Positions 14,254-26,776 of a stretch of DNA of 64,000 nucleotides are shown piece by piece (the first letter of the stretch is position 1; every line of letters starts with the position of its first letter). A program made the translations under genes and the position numbers. The notes under the pieces are model-generated. The model saw only the letters and a list, made by a program, of their open reading frames with translations. It did no database searches and was not told the origin of the DNA. The DNA is from Eledone cirrhosa (lineage: Eukaryota), in assembly GCA_964016885.1 (NCBI GenBank), contig OZ024744.1:109058001-109122000 (forward strand). The letters run 5' to 3'.

Positions 14254-14470
14254 TGCAGTTCGAATTTGTGCCAGGCAAAAGCACTGCAGATGCTCTCTTC
14301 CTGGTGATCTTACGTGAATCTATAGTGGAACTAGAGAAAAAATTCCAAACATGGAAGCAGGGCCTAGAAAGAAGGTTTTAAAGTCATCTTAACAAAGACT
14401 AAGGTCCTAGTAAGTTGAAGAGAAAACAGAACCCAGATACCTTTGGGGAAATGGCCTTGCTCAGTGTTGT
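14248..14470 (+). pseudogene. RTE-like LINE RT fragment
   Basis: EMQFEFVPGKSTADALF and GKWPCSV motifs. Confidence 0.7.
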
Positions 14471-14784
14471 GTATATATATATATATATATATGAATGTAT
14501 GTATATTTTCATACATTCTACCAGAATTTTCTCTTTTTTGTTTATTATTTAAAACTAGTATACTCACAAAAGTTAGTAATATGATAAATATAACTGGTAT
14601 ACTAATAGATAACACCAGTATACTAACATTAAACAGTTGTAATGCAACGAATAAATGTTTTTAAACAGGTCAAAAGTTTTCAAATGATGTATGTTTAAAA
14701 GGAAAATCCTATTCGGGTGTTGTTTATTTTTCTTGTTTGCTGAAAGTGTATGTGTATGTGTGTATATATATAAATATGTGTGTG

Positions 14785-14834
<50 letters not shown>

Positions 14835-15526
14835 GAGAAATATTTTAAATGTTTGGATATAAGGTGTATATACACAGGGATGGGGGGTTTAAATCCTGTT
14901 GTATAGAATTTGGACGGCTGTTTATTTAACTATGTTTGTTGTTGTTGTTGTTGGTATTTGTGGGGCTTAGTACCGGATCAGCTCAAATCATTCAAACTTT
15001 CTTCTCTGATGAAAGCTAGCTATTGCAGCCATTGCCATCCTTTTCAAGTATAGTATATCTGAAACTATTTTATCTTGTAGTTATTTTATATGGCAAATTG
15101 GCACTCATTAGAACCACAGATTAAATGGTCCAGTATTTTTTTCAACAAGTTCAAATTTTGCCAATACCAACTTTACCTTCCACCCTTTTGGGATAGATAA
15201 AGAAAGTACAATTCCAATGTGATGTGAATTGGCAGAATTAGTAAAGAGTCTCACTGGAATTGTTGTGGTATCTGATCCAGCTCTGTGTGTTTTGAGTTCA
15301 AATCTCACCTCAAGGAGTTGTGACTGACAGATAGAATCAGTAATGGAAAGGCCAATGCAAACATTGTTTCCTTGGTCTGATCTGATGGAATACAGGTGCA
15401 TACAGTGGGATCCCACCCTTCTTGGTAGTCAGAGGCTATACTTCAGTATTAGCCAGTGTCTGATGACATATCCAACCCTTGCTAGGAAGATGGGCATTAA
15501 ATGATATTGATGATATATATATATGT

Positions 15527-15583
<57 letters not shown>

Positions 15584-15585
<2 letters not shown>

Positions 15586-16205
15586 GGAGGGGAGTTTTAA
15601 TGTAGCACAATAAAGCAATGCATTATATCCTTAATATCATTAATATTTTTATTTTAACAATACATATTAATAAATTCTTTTTTTCGCACATATTATTAAA
15701 CCCTTAAATATATAAACCTTAAATTAACACTATTCTTAATTCCTTTTTCTTTAATCATAAAAATCAACATCCATCCATAAACCTCATTAACTTTTAATTT
15801 CAAAATCTTTTTAAATTATCTATTATCTTCCAATGGTTTTTTAATTTCTCTCTGTGAGACAATGTTTTCTCAGTTGTAAAGGCTATTTCTCTCTCTCTAT
15901 CACTCATTTATCCTCCTCTCTCATCCTTCCTTCTTATACTCCTCCCCCATCATCCTTTATTTTTTTTCTTCCTCTTCCTTACTTTTTCCTACCCCCGCCT
16001 CCTTTTTTCCCCAATCTCATATATCCATCTTACTTTATTTTTCATATGTTGATTTTAAACTTCATTGCTCCCAAGTGTTTTTTAAGCTTCATATCATGTC
16101 TCCCTATTTTATCTGATGAGAACGCAAATATCATCCCATGATATTTGTTTTTGAAATGCGCATAATAAAATACTTGGAACTCTTTTAACCATCTTTTGAT
16201 CTTAT
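15584..16205 (+). mobile_element. Penelope-like pLTR/retrozyme fragment, family A, in (TA)n
   Basis: Same 5' tail and 3' end as the 10947 copy, with a pyrimidine-rich interior. Confidence 0.75.
16105..16172 (+). ncRNA. Minimal type I hammerhead ribozyme motif
   Basis: UAUUUUAU-CUGAUGA-stem II-GAAA-UGCGCA-UA-AUAAAAUA. Confidence 0.85.
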
Positions 16206-16224
16206 ATTATATATATATATATAT

Positions 16225-16825
16225 GAAGGACGATAGCTGTATAACAAAGTGCAGGGCAATAAAGATAGACGGTAGCCACGGAATAGGCAGACCCAGAAAA
16301 ACCTGGGACGAGCTGATAAACTCCAACCTCACACACTTACACCTCACCAAGACAATGTCACTGGACCGAGACCTTTGGCGGTACTCAGTAATAGAGAAGA
16401 CCCGCCTTACCTAAATACATAGTAAAACCTACTACAGCCAGTAGGCATCTCTAACAAAATAAACCCCCCCCCACCCACACACACACACACACCCTTCACC
16501 CCACCCCATCCACACCGCCCCCTTCTATGTAAAGTTATGTTGGTGCCACACCATCCAGGCCGAAACAAATGAGATCGTGTAGGTGTCACGACAAAAAAAC
16601 ACACAGTCCACGCTGTAATGTGGCCGTGTAGGCAACACGGTAAAAACCTCCCAGACACACACTGTAAATGTGGTTGGTGTTAGGAAGGGCATCCAACTGT
16701 AGAAAACCTGCCAGACAGTCCTATGCGAGCAAGACAATCACTATTGCCTCAAGTGGGACTACCCCCGTCCAAACCCATGCAAGCGTGGAACACGGACGTT
16801 AAACGTTGATGATGATGATGATGAT
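16225..16825 (+). mobile_element. RTE-like LINE 3' end with (GAT)n tail
   Basis: GRPRKTWDELI...DRDLWR motif, then a 3' UTR ending ggacgttaaacgttgatgatg; relative at 19910-20255. Confidence 0.75.
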
Positions 16826-16859
16826 ATATATATATATATATGTATGGTATACGTCAAGA

Positions 16860-17289
16860 CGGGCGGTCTCAAAAGTGAAACTAATTTTTGACTTCCACGC
16901 AAGCATGGGTTTAGACGTATATATATATGTTTGTGTGTATATATGTGTTTGTGTGTATATATATGTGTGTTTGTGTGTATATATATGTGTCTGTATATAT
17001 ATATATATATATGTGTATGTATATATATATTTATGCACACATACACATTTGTATGAATTTGTAGATGTATATATATATGCATGTACACAATTGGATGGTT
17101 TTTTTTTTAAATAATGACATTGTGTGTTGAAATAAATAAATATTGAAAATCCTTATTACACCCTATAAATAGCTGAAATACAGGTGATTATCTCGCCAAG
17201 TTGTAAAAAAACAAACAAATTCACAATCCAAATTGAAAGTAATCACTTACGTAACTATCAAAAATTAGTTTCACTTTTGAGACCGCTCG
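16860..17289. mobile_element. Tc1/mariner-type MITE (about 32-bp TIRs)
   Basis: cgggcggtctcaaaagtgaaactaatttttga at 16860 and its reverse complement at 17258-17289 followed by TA. Confidence 0.75.
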
Positions 17290-17914
17290 TATGCCTATAT
17301 ATATAATGTAACAAAATACAACAGGTACCTGAAGATGGCTGGAGAGTCAAGATCTGAAACATTGAGATTATAACAACCATGATGATACTAGTCTGAATAT
17401 ATCAGTGTATAATATTTGTTTCTAACATAGACACTAGGCTGAATATCTAGGAGGTGGAGGAGTTAGTCAATTGAATAGACCCAACTACTTAACTGGTACT
17501 TTGACCTTGAAATATGATGACTTGAACAAGATTTGAACTAAATCCTTTAAAAAACTGAACCAATAGCAATCTAAAGATTCTGTCTTTATCATCTTAGAAA
17601 TTCAGACAAAATTACTAGCCCCGAAAACTGGGTGTTTGTATTGAAATGTACCATCATATTTCTGATAATGTCTGATTATTGTATGTGGAGGATGTAGGGT
17701 TGGACAAGGAATTGCAGGTGAGAGGTGTCAGTAGCAATAACTAAACGCCCTGAAGTCATGGTGAGAGGGTTAACACAATATATTGAGTCTCACCCACCTA
17801 CCACCCATATGTAAACTATTTACACTGACTACCCCACACCACACCTTATGTAAATAACTCAACTTCAATAAATATTACGCACTGGAATTTCCCTAGCCTG
17901 TAGCTAGAATTGTA

Positions 17915-18117
17915 TTTAAACCAGCCATATCTGGCCAGAATTATCTCACCTCTTTCTGTTCAAACTGGCTGTAACTAGCCACTCATATTGATGTTAAGGT
18001 ATTGTTCTCAAAATAAATAATATCAAAATCTCATAGATTCGATATTATGTGGGACAAAGCCTTTACTGTGAAAATACAATTGTAAATATAGAGTAATGTG
18101 AATGCTAAAGGGTTAAG
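17915..18117. mobile_element. Reverse copy of the TTAA MITE at 12147
   Basis: Reverse-complement similarity; ends ctaaaggg|TTAA. Confidence 0.75.
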
Positions 18118-18451
18118 TAATATTGTGAAAATTTGAAATTTGAAATGTTGTCCCAATAAATATCACTATAAATATCAATAAATATCACTATAACAATAGT
18201 CAACCAGTAAAAATTGGGTAAAGTGCCTCTGGAGATAGAGAAAGTAGACAGAAGTATCTGTAAGGAATTCAGCCCTGCATCTTTTAGATGCCAGGCAAGT
18301 GCATTAACCACTACTCTAAAGAGTCCCTGGTCACCGAATACTATTTTTTAGAAGATTTTATGTTTGTAACTAGAAGTTGACTGGTACTGGGAACATTTGA
18401 AATGTCCCAATATAAATCACTATAATAATTGTTAATCATTATTATGAACTA

Positions 18452-18641
18452 GCAGTGGATTGGCAGTATTGGTAGAGGGTCGGACGCCATGCTTTGACGT
18501 ATAGAGTTACGGCCCCTGCCATTCTGAGTTCAAATCCCGCCGAGGTTAACTTTGCCTTTCATCCTTACGGGGGTCGATAAAATAAAGTACCAGTAATGCA
18601 CTGGGGTAATTGCTGGCCTTGTGCCAAAAGTAGAAACAATT
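18452..18641 (+). mobile_element. tRNA-derived SINE family 1 with TSD
   Basis: A box TGGCAGTATTGG, B box GAGTTCAAATCC, end AGAAACAATT; TSD ATTATTATGAACTAGCAG. Confidence 0.9.
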
Positions 18642-19283
18642 ATTATGAACTAGCAGAAAAACCACTCTTCGGGTGGTTTTCTGCTACCATGTGTAGTGTG
18701 TATATTGATATTATACGCAAGTATATATACATGTAGATATGATACATCAAATAAAATCGTAATTGACAATATACACAGAAATTGTAATCAGTAACGTAAT
18801 CCATGATACATTAAACAAAGACGATATTATATATAAACTGCATTAGGAGAAAATTAGTGATGGAAATATATGAATGTTTATTTAAGCGATCGCTAACCGG
18901 AAGTGTTGACATTAGAAAATTTTAAAGAAGTGAATCTTGAAATAAGCAACAATATTATTTATATTTAATCAAGAATAACGAAATTTAGTAGATAAATTAT
19001 GTAATATTCATTCATGATTGGCAGCAAAGAGTTACGGCCCTTTATGGTCTGAGTTCAAATCCCGACACGGTTAACTTTGCAGAGTCGATAAAATAAAGTA
19101 CCAGTAATACACTGGGATAATTGCTGTCCTTGTGCCAAAAATAGAAACAATTATTTATTCAAAGTAATCCAACTTATTTTACAAACAGGAAAAAAAAAAT
19201 ATATTCTGGAAGCAGTCCCGCACTCACTTTATTATAATTTAGATACACACACGCACATTCACTCACTCACACATATTTGTGAT

Positions 19284-19285
<2 letters not shown>

Positions 19286-19363
<78 letters not shown>
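19286..19363. repeat. (GT)n microsatellite
   Basis: Direct reading. Confidence 0.97.
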
Positions 19364-19371
<8 letters not shown>

Positions 19372-20254
19372 CATATATATATATATATATGTGTGTGTGT
19401 GTATGTAAAAGGTAAACAGAAATAACAACACAATTGGTACAGTATATGGAAGGAATATATTAGGTTAACTTTTCAGATGCTAGTCCTTCATCAGAAGAAA
19501 GAATGAGAAATAAGATAGATTGAAGGGATGGGCGGGTTGAGAGAGTGAGAAAGAGAATAAGCAAAATTGTGTAGAGGGATGTTTAAAAAGTCCTTTATTA
19601 ACAAAGTTGTGATACATATTTCAATGGAGATCATGGCTATGTGATGGTTCGATCACACAACCAGTCTCACTACATCATCAGACAGCATCTTATGTAATAA
19701 GGTTGTGTTTCCCAAAGGAAATACACTTCAGCTGAGATGTTTGAACACACAAGACATATCTGAAGACCTTTCAAATGCAGGGTCGTCAGGTTCTATCTGT
19801 AACAGATCTTGCCTCGAGCTGGCCGACGGAGAAACATATGTAATACGTTAATAAATGTGAGATGATACGACACTGATTCCTCGTTCTTTATATGTTTATA
19901 TGTGTATATATTTGATAAATTCCGACCTTACACACTTACACCTCTCTAAGACAATGTCACTGGACTGAGATCTTTGGCACCACACAGTAATACAGAAGAC
20001 CCGCCTTGCCTATGTACAAAGCGAAACCTACAGTCAGTAGGCACCTCTTAACCAAATATACACCCCAACCCTACTCCATCATCCCACTCCCACCAACACC
20101 ACCCTTTCTCTGTAAAGTTGGTACCACAACATCCAGTCCAAATAAATGAGGTCGTCTAGGTGTCACGACAAAAAAAACCACACACATTCCACGTTGTAAT
20201 GTGGCCGTGTAGGTAACATAGCGTGGAAGATAGACGTTAAAAAATGATGATGAT

Positions 20255-20322
<68 letters not shown>

Positions 20323-20326
20323 TATA

Positions 20327-20380
<54 letters not shown>

Positions 20381-20511
20381 TATATATGTAGGAGGTGAGT
20401 TTTACTGTAGTACAATAAAGCAATGCAGATATCGGATAAGAAGCACTCTACAGTTTGTGGGACTGGAGTATGCATAATATAAGATCAAAAGATGGTTAAA
20501 GGAGTTCAATA

Positions 20512-20582
20512 TATTTTATTATGCGCATTTCAAAAACAAACATCATCAAACAATAATATTTGTGTTTTCATCAGATAAAACA
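20512..20582 (-). ncRNA. Minimal hammerhead ribozyme motif (inverted arm)
   Basis: Reverse complement of the motif at 21047-21117. Confidence 0.8.
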
Positions 20583-21046
20583 GGAGAACATGATATGAAG
20601 GCTAAAAAAAAAAAAAAAAAAAAAGTTATAAAACTATCTCTTTCTCTCTATCACCCATCTCTCCCTTTCCACCTTCACTCTCATCTCCTCCCCTTTTTTT
20701 CATCCTTTCCACCCCCACCCCTCCCTAAATATAATATATTTTTTCCTCGCACATATCCTCCCTTCGTTAATTTTCAAAATTTTTAATTTATACAGTATCT
20801 TCCAACGGTTTTCAACCCCTCTATATAAAATATATCTCCTCTCTGTTATAAAAACTATCTCTTTCTCTCTATCACCCATCTCTCCCTCTCATCTCCTTCC
20901 CTTTTCATCCTTTTCTCTCCCCCCCTCTCTAAATAAAATATTTTTCCCAATATCACACATCAATCTAAAACCACTTTTCATATGTTGATTTAAAACTGCA
21001 CTATCAACAAGTGTTTTTTTTTTTTAGCCTTCATATCATGTTCTCC

Positions 21047-21117
21047 TGTTTTATCTGATGAAAACACAAATATTATTGTTTGACGATGTTTGTTTTTGAA
21101 ATGCGCATAATAAAATA
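21047..21117 (+). ncRNA. Minimal type I hammerhead ribozyme motif
   Basis: UGUUUUAU-CUGAUGA(21055-21061)-stem II-GAAA(21098-21101)-UGCGCA-UA-AUAAAAUA. Confidence 0.85.
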
Positions 21118-21154
21118 TATTGAACTCCTTTAACCATCTTTTGATCTTATATTA

Positions 21155-21194
<40 letters not shown>

Positions 21195-21612
21195 TATATA
21201 TATCATTTACCAACTTTTTTCCCTAGACTCTTTCTGCCGCAGACACAATCACTGTATTTCTCTGACACGCATAAAGAACACAGACACAAACACACTACAC
21301 CTTGTCTTTACCACACACCCAATATAAACTACACATCTCTCTCTCTCTCTCCTTCTCTCTACAACACTTGCATTCTAGCCCTCTGTTTCTCACTCTCTGA
21401 CATATATACATCACACATACACATCTTTTATTCTTTGATCTATAAAGACACTCTTTTTACTGCATCACTCCGTCTCAACTATCACTGGCAACCTGCTTCC
21501 TTTGCTACTCTCTCACTCTCTCTTTCTCTCTCTAACTGACACAGCCACACCTGTTCACCCTCACCTCCCACTCTGACACACAAACACTTGCTTAATGTTA
21601 AATATGATGATG

Positions 21613-21645
<33 letters not shown>

Positions 21646-21649
21646 TATA

Positions 21650-21982
21650 TCATCATCATCGTCAATTACGTCCGCTTTTCCCTGCTTTCAAGGGTGGGAC
21701 GGGAACTGATTCTGGCTTGATTTCTACAGCTGGATGCCCTTCCTAACACCAACCTCATTTACAGTGAGTGGTGGATGCTTTTTTTGCCGAGGCACCTCCA
21801 CGACCACTTTGCAGTGGAATGATAGGGACCCCAGTCCCTATCATCTCATTTCTGCAGCTGAGTAAACTGGAGCTATGTGAAATAAAGTGTCTTGCTCAAG
21901 GAAACAACACATCACCCGGTCTGAGAATTGAACTCACAACCTTTCGATTGCAAGGCCAATGCTATAACCACTAAGCCATGTG

Positions 21983-21986
<4 letters not shown>
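21650..21986 (-). mobile_element. tRNA-derived SINE family 2
   Basis: Reverse complement of 53234-53581. Confidence 0.9.
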
Positions 21987-22052
<66 letters not shown>

Positions 22053-22143
22053 CCTCCACATATATATATATATATGTGTGCCTCCACATATATATATATA
22101 TATGTGTGCCTCCACATATATATATATATATATATATGTGCCT

Positions 22144-22194
<51 letters not shown>

Positions 22195-22759
22195 CCTCCA
22201 CATATATATATATATAGAGAGAGAGTGAGAGAGAGAGGGAGAGAGAGAGAGCATTTGAGAATCTGCATGTCTGAATTATCAACTGAGTCCATTGTGATGA
22301 CCACCCTGCTGTCTTACTTTAGAGGGAAAGGACAGGAAGTTTTCATCTGCCTGGTCGCCATGGTGAAAAAGGATGTGTGGGGGATACGAAACCCTGATTA
22401 TCTTTTTCGGGTTTCTTGAAGAGGAAAATCAAAGTGGAGAAGACAATGCTGGTTTCCAACCAGTCTGTTGGTGGGTGAGCATGGTCCTAGTAAATGGGCC
22501 TTGCCTGTAGATTGGTATACAACTGGGATACTTGCCCTAGCCGTTAGAGTGACCATGGCTTTTTTGAGTGCTTTCTTTACAAGTCACCCTCAGAAACTTC
22601 CCACTTTTGGGGACTTTGTTATGTTTAATTTTTTTAAATGTTTATTTTCTTAGTCTCTGTTATAAATTTTATTTCACACAAAAGACCCACCCTGTACCAT
22701 CCTGTGCCGTCTTAAATGTTTTCTTAATGTGAGCCCTGAGTATGGTTAATAATGGAATC

Positions 22760-23340
22760 ATTATTTTTATTATTGTTGTTTCTTCGCTAAGCTTCTAATG
22801 CTGGAGATGTATCACAGTGTCAACTGTTCACTACCAGTGAACTGAGGTAACACCCCTTATTTTTCAAGTACCCTCTGGAGTATTTGAGCTGTTCCAAGCA
22901 ATGATGTTTTTTGAAGGTGTTCCATCCATATTGCAATCCCTATTTATTTAATGTACTTCTTAAGATCTCTACCCATTGTTCCCAAGACTCCAACTATTAC
23001 TGGTATTACCACCACCTTTTTCAGTGATCACCACTGCTTAACCTCCCAAGCTAACCTGTCATATCTATCAATTTATTTTCCTTCTTTATCACATACCTTG
23101 TTATCAGCTGGATAGGTTATATCTATGATCCAACACTGTTAGCTTTCTTTCTCAATTAATACAATATCTGGTCTCCTTTACTCCATCTCGTGGTCATACT
23201 GTATTACTAAGTCCCACAGGATCTTTGTAGCATCATTTTCAATAATGCCCTACCAAGTGTATATTTGTCACAAAGCTCCCAATGGACTTTCCATGATATG
23301 TTATTGTGACATTTCTTATATTCTTTCTGAGCTAGTGGTG
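22760..23340 (-). pseudogene. 3' fragment of a Dong/R4-like RLE LINE with an (AAT)-rich tail
   Basis: PLAQKEYKKCHNNISWKVHWELC...KILWD...RRPDIVLIEK...WIIDITYP; tail aacaataataaaaataat. Confidence 0.8.
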
Positions 23341-23343
23341 TAT

Positions 23344-23705
23344 ATTAATAAATGGAAATTATATTTATAAAACCATATTTATTTTATTATATATATAAAA
23401 AAAAAAAAAACTTTGGTACGCTCTCATCAGATAAAATACAAAATTTGTTCTATAAATAGTGACATACCCGAGAAACCATACCTTATCGGTTCAGGTTCCA
23501 TTTGGTTTTTCGGGTATGTCATTATTTATAAAACAAATTTTGTATTTTATCTGATGAAAGCGTACCAAAGTTTTTTTTTTAATATATATAATAAAATAAA
23601 TATGGTTTTATAAATATAGTTTCCATTTATTAATATAATTGTTATTATACTCCAGGAAACTTGTCGAGTGCTTTGAATCTGTTATAAATAAATTTGTTGA
23701 ATTAC
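23344..23705 (-). mobile_element. Penelope-like fold-back remnant, family B, with degenerate hammerheads
   Basis: Arms about 23344-23478 and 23502-23635; stem I and CUGAUGA kept but GAAA replaced by a T run; tail similar to 29371 and 30227. Confidence 0.7.
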
Positions 23706-23718
23706 CAGCAAATTAAAT

Positions 23719-23905
23719 AATTGTTTCTACTTTAGGCACAAGGCCAGCAATTACCCAGGGCATTACTGGTACTTTATTTTATCGACCCCGTAAGGATGAA
23801 AAGCAAAGTCAACCGCGGCGGGATTTGAACTCAGATCGTAAAGGGACGTAACTATGCTGGAAAGCATGGCGTCCGACCCTCTACCGATACTGCCAATCCA
23901 CCGCC
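23719..23905 (-). mobile_element. SINE family 1 with TSD
   Basis: Reverse complement of the family consensus; TSD CCAGCAAATTAAATAAT. Confidence 0.9.
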
Positions 23906-24870
23906 CAATCCACCAGCAAATTAAATAATAAAAGAAAGCAGCTGATCATCAGATCAAACTAAGGAAACAATGTGTCTTTCACCTCTTTTCCAGTGCCAAG
24001 GGTGGGATTTGAACTCAGCATTCACAGAGTTCCATCAGATACCACTAACAATAGAAATCTTTAAATATTCTGCCAATTCATTACTCCTTGTACTCGTACT
24101 TTATTTATCCACCCCGAAAAAAAAAGTGATTCTACTGTTTGGCACAAGGCCAGCAATTACCCAGTACATTACTGGTACTTTATTTTATCGACCCCATAAG
24201 GATGAAAGGCAAAGTTAACCCTGAAATAATTGTTTCTACTTTAGGCACAAGGCCAGCAATTACCCAGTGCATTTAACCCTGAAATAATGAAAGGTAAAGT
24301 TGACCTGAACAAGGATTTGAACTCAGAGCACTGAGCCAGAACAAATACTGTGGTAGTTAACCCATACTCTATTGACTGTACTCATATGTGTTGACAGTCT
24401 GTCTCTGACACTCCCCCATCTCTCACATATATATATGATATGCACCTGCCTACTAATATCCTGTCCCCCACCCCACCCCCTCTCTATGTATGCTGCTGAT
24501 ACTCCCCCTACTCCCCATACACACCACTACAAAACAATGTCTTCACCTGTAACACAACAGAATAGAATTACATACTCCTTATTGTAAGAGGCCACAGACA
24601 TATAAACTGTCAGTCTCATGTGTCTCTCACTCTCTCTCTCTGTTTCTCTACCTCACTCTCTCTCTGTTTCTCTACCTCACTCTCTCTCTGTTTCTCTACC
24701 TCGCTCTCTCTAGATAGATTGACACATTACCTAACTCAACAAGCATTAACTACATAGTTGGTCATCTTACTGATATCTTCAAGCTATGTACACCTCATAT
24801 ATATATATATATCTATATATATTTTGAACTCTGTTCCCAACACACCTTTTGAACTCTGTTCCCACACACT

Positions 24871-24910
24871 TCTCACCTGAAGAAGGGCTTATGCCCGAAA
24901 CGTCGTCCCC
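24871..24910 (+). ncRNA. Hammerhead-like core, Penelope type
   Basis: CUGAAGA(24877)-A-GGGC-UUAU-GCCC-GAAA(24897)-CGUCGUC; stem I not evident; AATAAA about 24943, then (TA)n. Confidence 0.6.
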
Positions 24911-25020
24911 CACCTACCCCCCACTCTCCTGAGCGTGAATTTAATAAACATTTATTGTACTGCCTCTCTGTTCTGTCCCTGTTCAATTTTTCATTATATA
25001 TATATATATATATATATATA

Positions 25021-25220
25021 ACGAAGGAAATGTGGTAAGGAACCAGATGGACCATAACGCACCAAAGTACTCAATACTTAGAGTAGTAGAGTGGGTAATA
25101 GGAACGAGTAGGACCCCGACAGCTGAGCTCAAGCCGTTTCGACGGCTAATTCTGGACTAAATTTAGTCCAGAATTAGCCGTCGAAACGGCTTGAGCTCAG
25201 CCGTCGGGGTCCTACTCGTT

Positions 25221-25225
<5 letters not shown>
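25021..25225. mobile_element. (TA)n-flanked insert with a 128-bp near-perfect palindrome
   Basis: 25098-25225 is self-complementary about 25161/25162 with one mismatch, preceded by a unique tail of about 77 bp. Confidence 0.8.
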
Positions 25226-25258
<33 letters not shown>

Positions 25259-25261
<3 letters not shown>

Positions 25262-26708
25262 ATAATAATAAATTTGAAGACTAAAATCCAAAGAGGGCTC
25301 GATAAGGATAAATATATATCAGATATATAAGAACCGTAGAGCAAATATTTATTAAAATAACAGATTAAAGTTTAAGCAAAGAATCGCTGCTTTCACCCTT
25401 AACGGGATCTTCAGAAGAAACAGTTCTAGTCCTGTAGAAGCTTTTCTATATTAAAACATTTATATTCTGCTATGTATTGAGTACCTTACTTACTGTGGTT
25501 ACCTCCGATTCAACCCGGAATAACCTATATATATATATATATATATATTTATTAAAATAACAGATTAAAGTGTAAGCAAAGAATCGCTGCTTTCACCCTT
25601 AACGGGATCTTCTGAAACTAAAGTTTGAAGAATTATTAGATAAAATATATAGTCTTTCCTCTCCCTAGTATGTAGAAATCAACCACATAAATAATCATTT
25701 AAACGAGGCTATAAGTTTAAAACGTAACTGTGAAGAAATAATAGACAAATGATACGTGAGGGACAGCCAGATAAAATTTATCTAGTCATTCCTTTTAGCC
25801 CGTAGGAATTAACTAGACAAATAATCAACTAAACGGAGTTAGGTTTAAAATAGAAGTTAGAAGAAAAAATGCATATAAACTTTACCAAAATTCCTTTAGT
25901 CCCGACTGCCGGCAGTTTTGTTCCTTTTTTATATCCGATCCTGGGTTTATCCACGAGGCTTGGAGCTTATCAAGAGACACCTCGAGTTTGGACTAAAATT
26001 TCTACCGTGATCCCCGCCAGAAATGAATTCAAAAATGGGTAAGAATTATCACGTGGCTAGTGGTCAAGGTAGAGGGTTGCGATTGGTTGCCAGGCGGCGA
26101 GTAGGCTGGTTGCTAGAAAGCGCAGCCAGATACTGCCTAAAGTGTTACTCTACCGTACGTGAGTATATATTAAATACATAGGGATATATGTATATATTTA
26201 GACATATATTTAGACATAGTCACAGATACATATATGACTGTGGCTACATTTCACGGTGTGGCTCAATGAAGAATTAATTAAGCAAATAATTATTAATCAG
26301 AGCTATATATAAAATTGCAAGTTTGAAGAATTATTAGATAAAATATACACAGTCTTTCCTCTTTTATCTAATAATTCTTCAAACTTGCAATTTTATATAT
26401 AACTCTAATTAATAATTATTTGCTTAATCAATTCTTCATTGAGCCACACTGTGAAATGTAGCCACTATCATATATGTATCTGTGACTATGTCTAAATATA
26501 TCCCTTTGAATTTAATATATATATATATAGAGAGAGAGAGATGGCTTTTACAGGACTAGAACTGTTCATCAGGAATGGGCTTTCCTGATGATTTCTCCCG
26601 AATGAAACAGTTCTAGTCCTGTAGAAGCCATTTCTATATGAAATATTTATACTCTGCTATGCATTGAGTACTTTACTTACTGTGGTTACCCCCGATTGAA
26701 CCTGGGAT

Positions 26709-26710
<2 letters not shown>
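25259..26710. mobile_element. Rearranged cluster of Penelope-like pLTR pieces (family C) with inverted duplications and hammerhead-like cores
   Basis: C(U/A)GAAGA-UCCCG-UUAA-GGGU-GAAA on the - strand near 25381-25415 and 25581-25615; CUGAUGA...GAAACAGUUC near 26585-26613; inverted repeat about 26165-26345 / 26362-26520; head shared with 29149. Confidence 0.65.
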
Positions 26711-26743
<33 letters not shown>

Positions 26744-26776
26744 ATATTATATATATGTACATATATATAATATTAG

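Larger units (their letters stand above)
20388..21155 (+). mobile_element. Penelope-like element remnant, family A, with inverted pLTRs, in (TA)n
   Basis: Tail 20388-20473; arm 20474-20624 is the reverse complement of 21014-21155; hammerhead motif in each arm. Confidence 0.8.

Noticed and set aside
15006-15040. CTGATGA as a hammerhead
   Set aside because: No GAAA after a stem II and no stem I
19690-19850. Possible exon or GIY-YIG remnant in non-repetitive-looking sequence
   Set aside because: No recognisable motif or convincing splice pair in the frames examined
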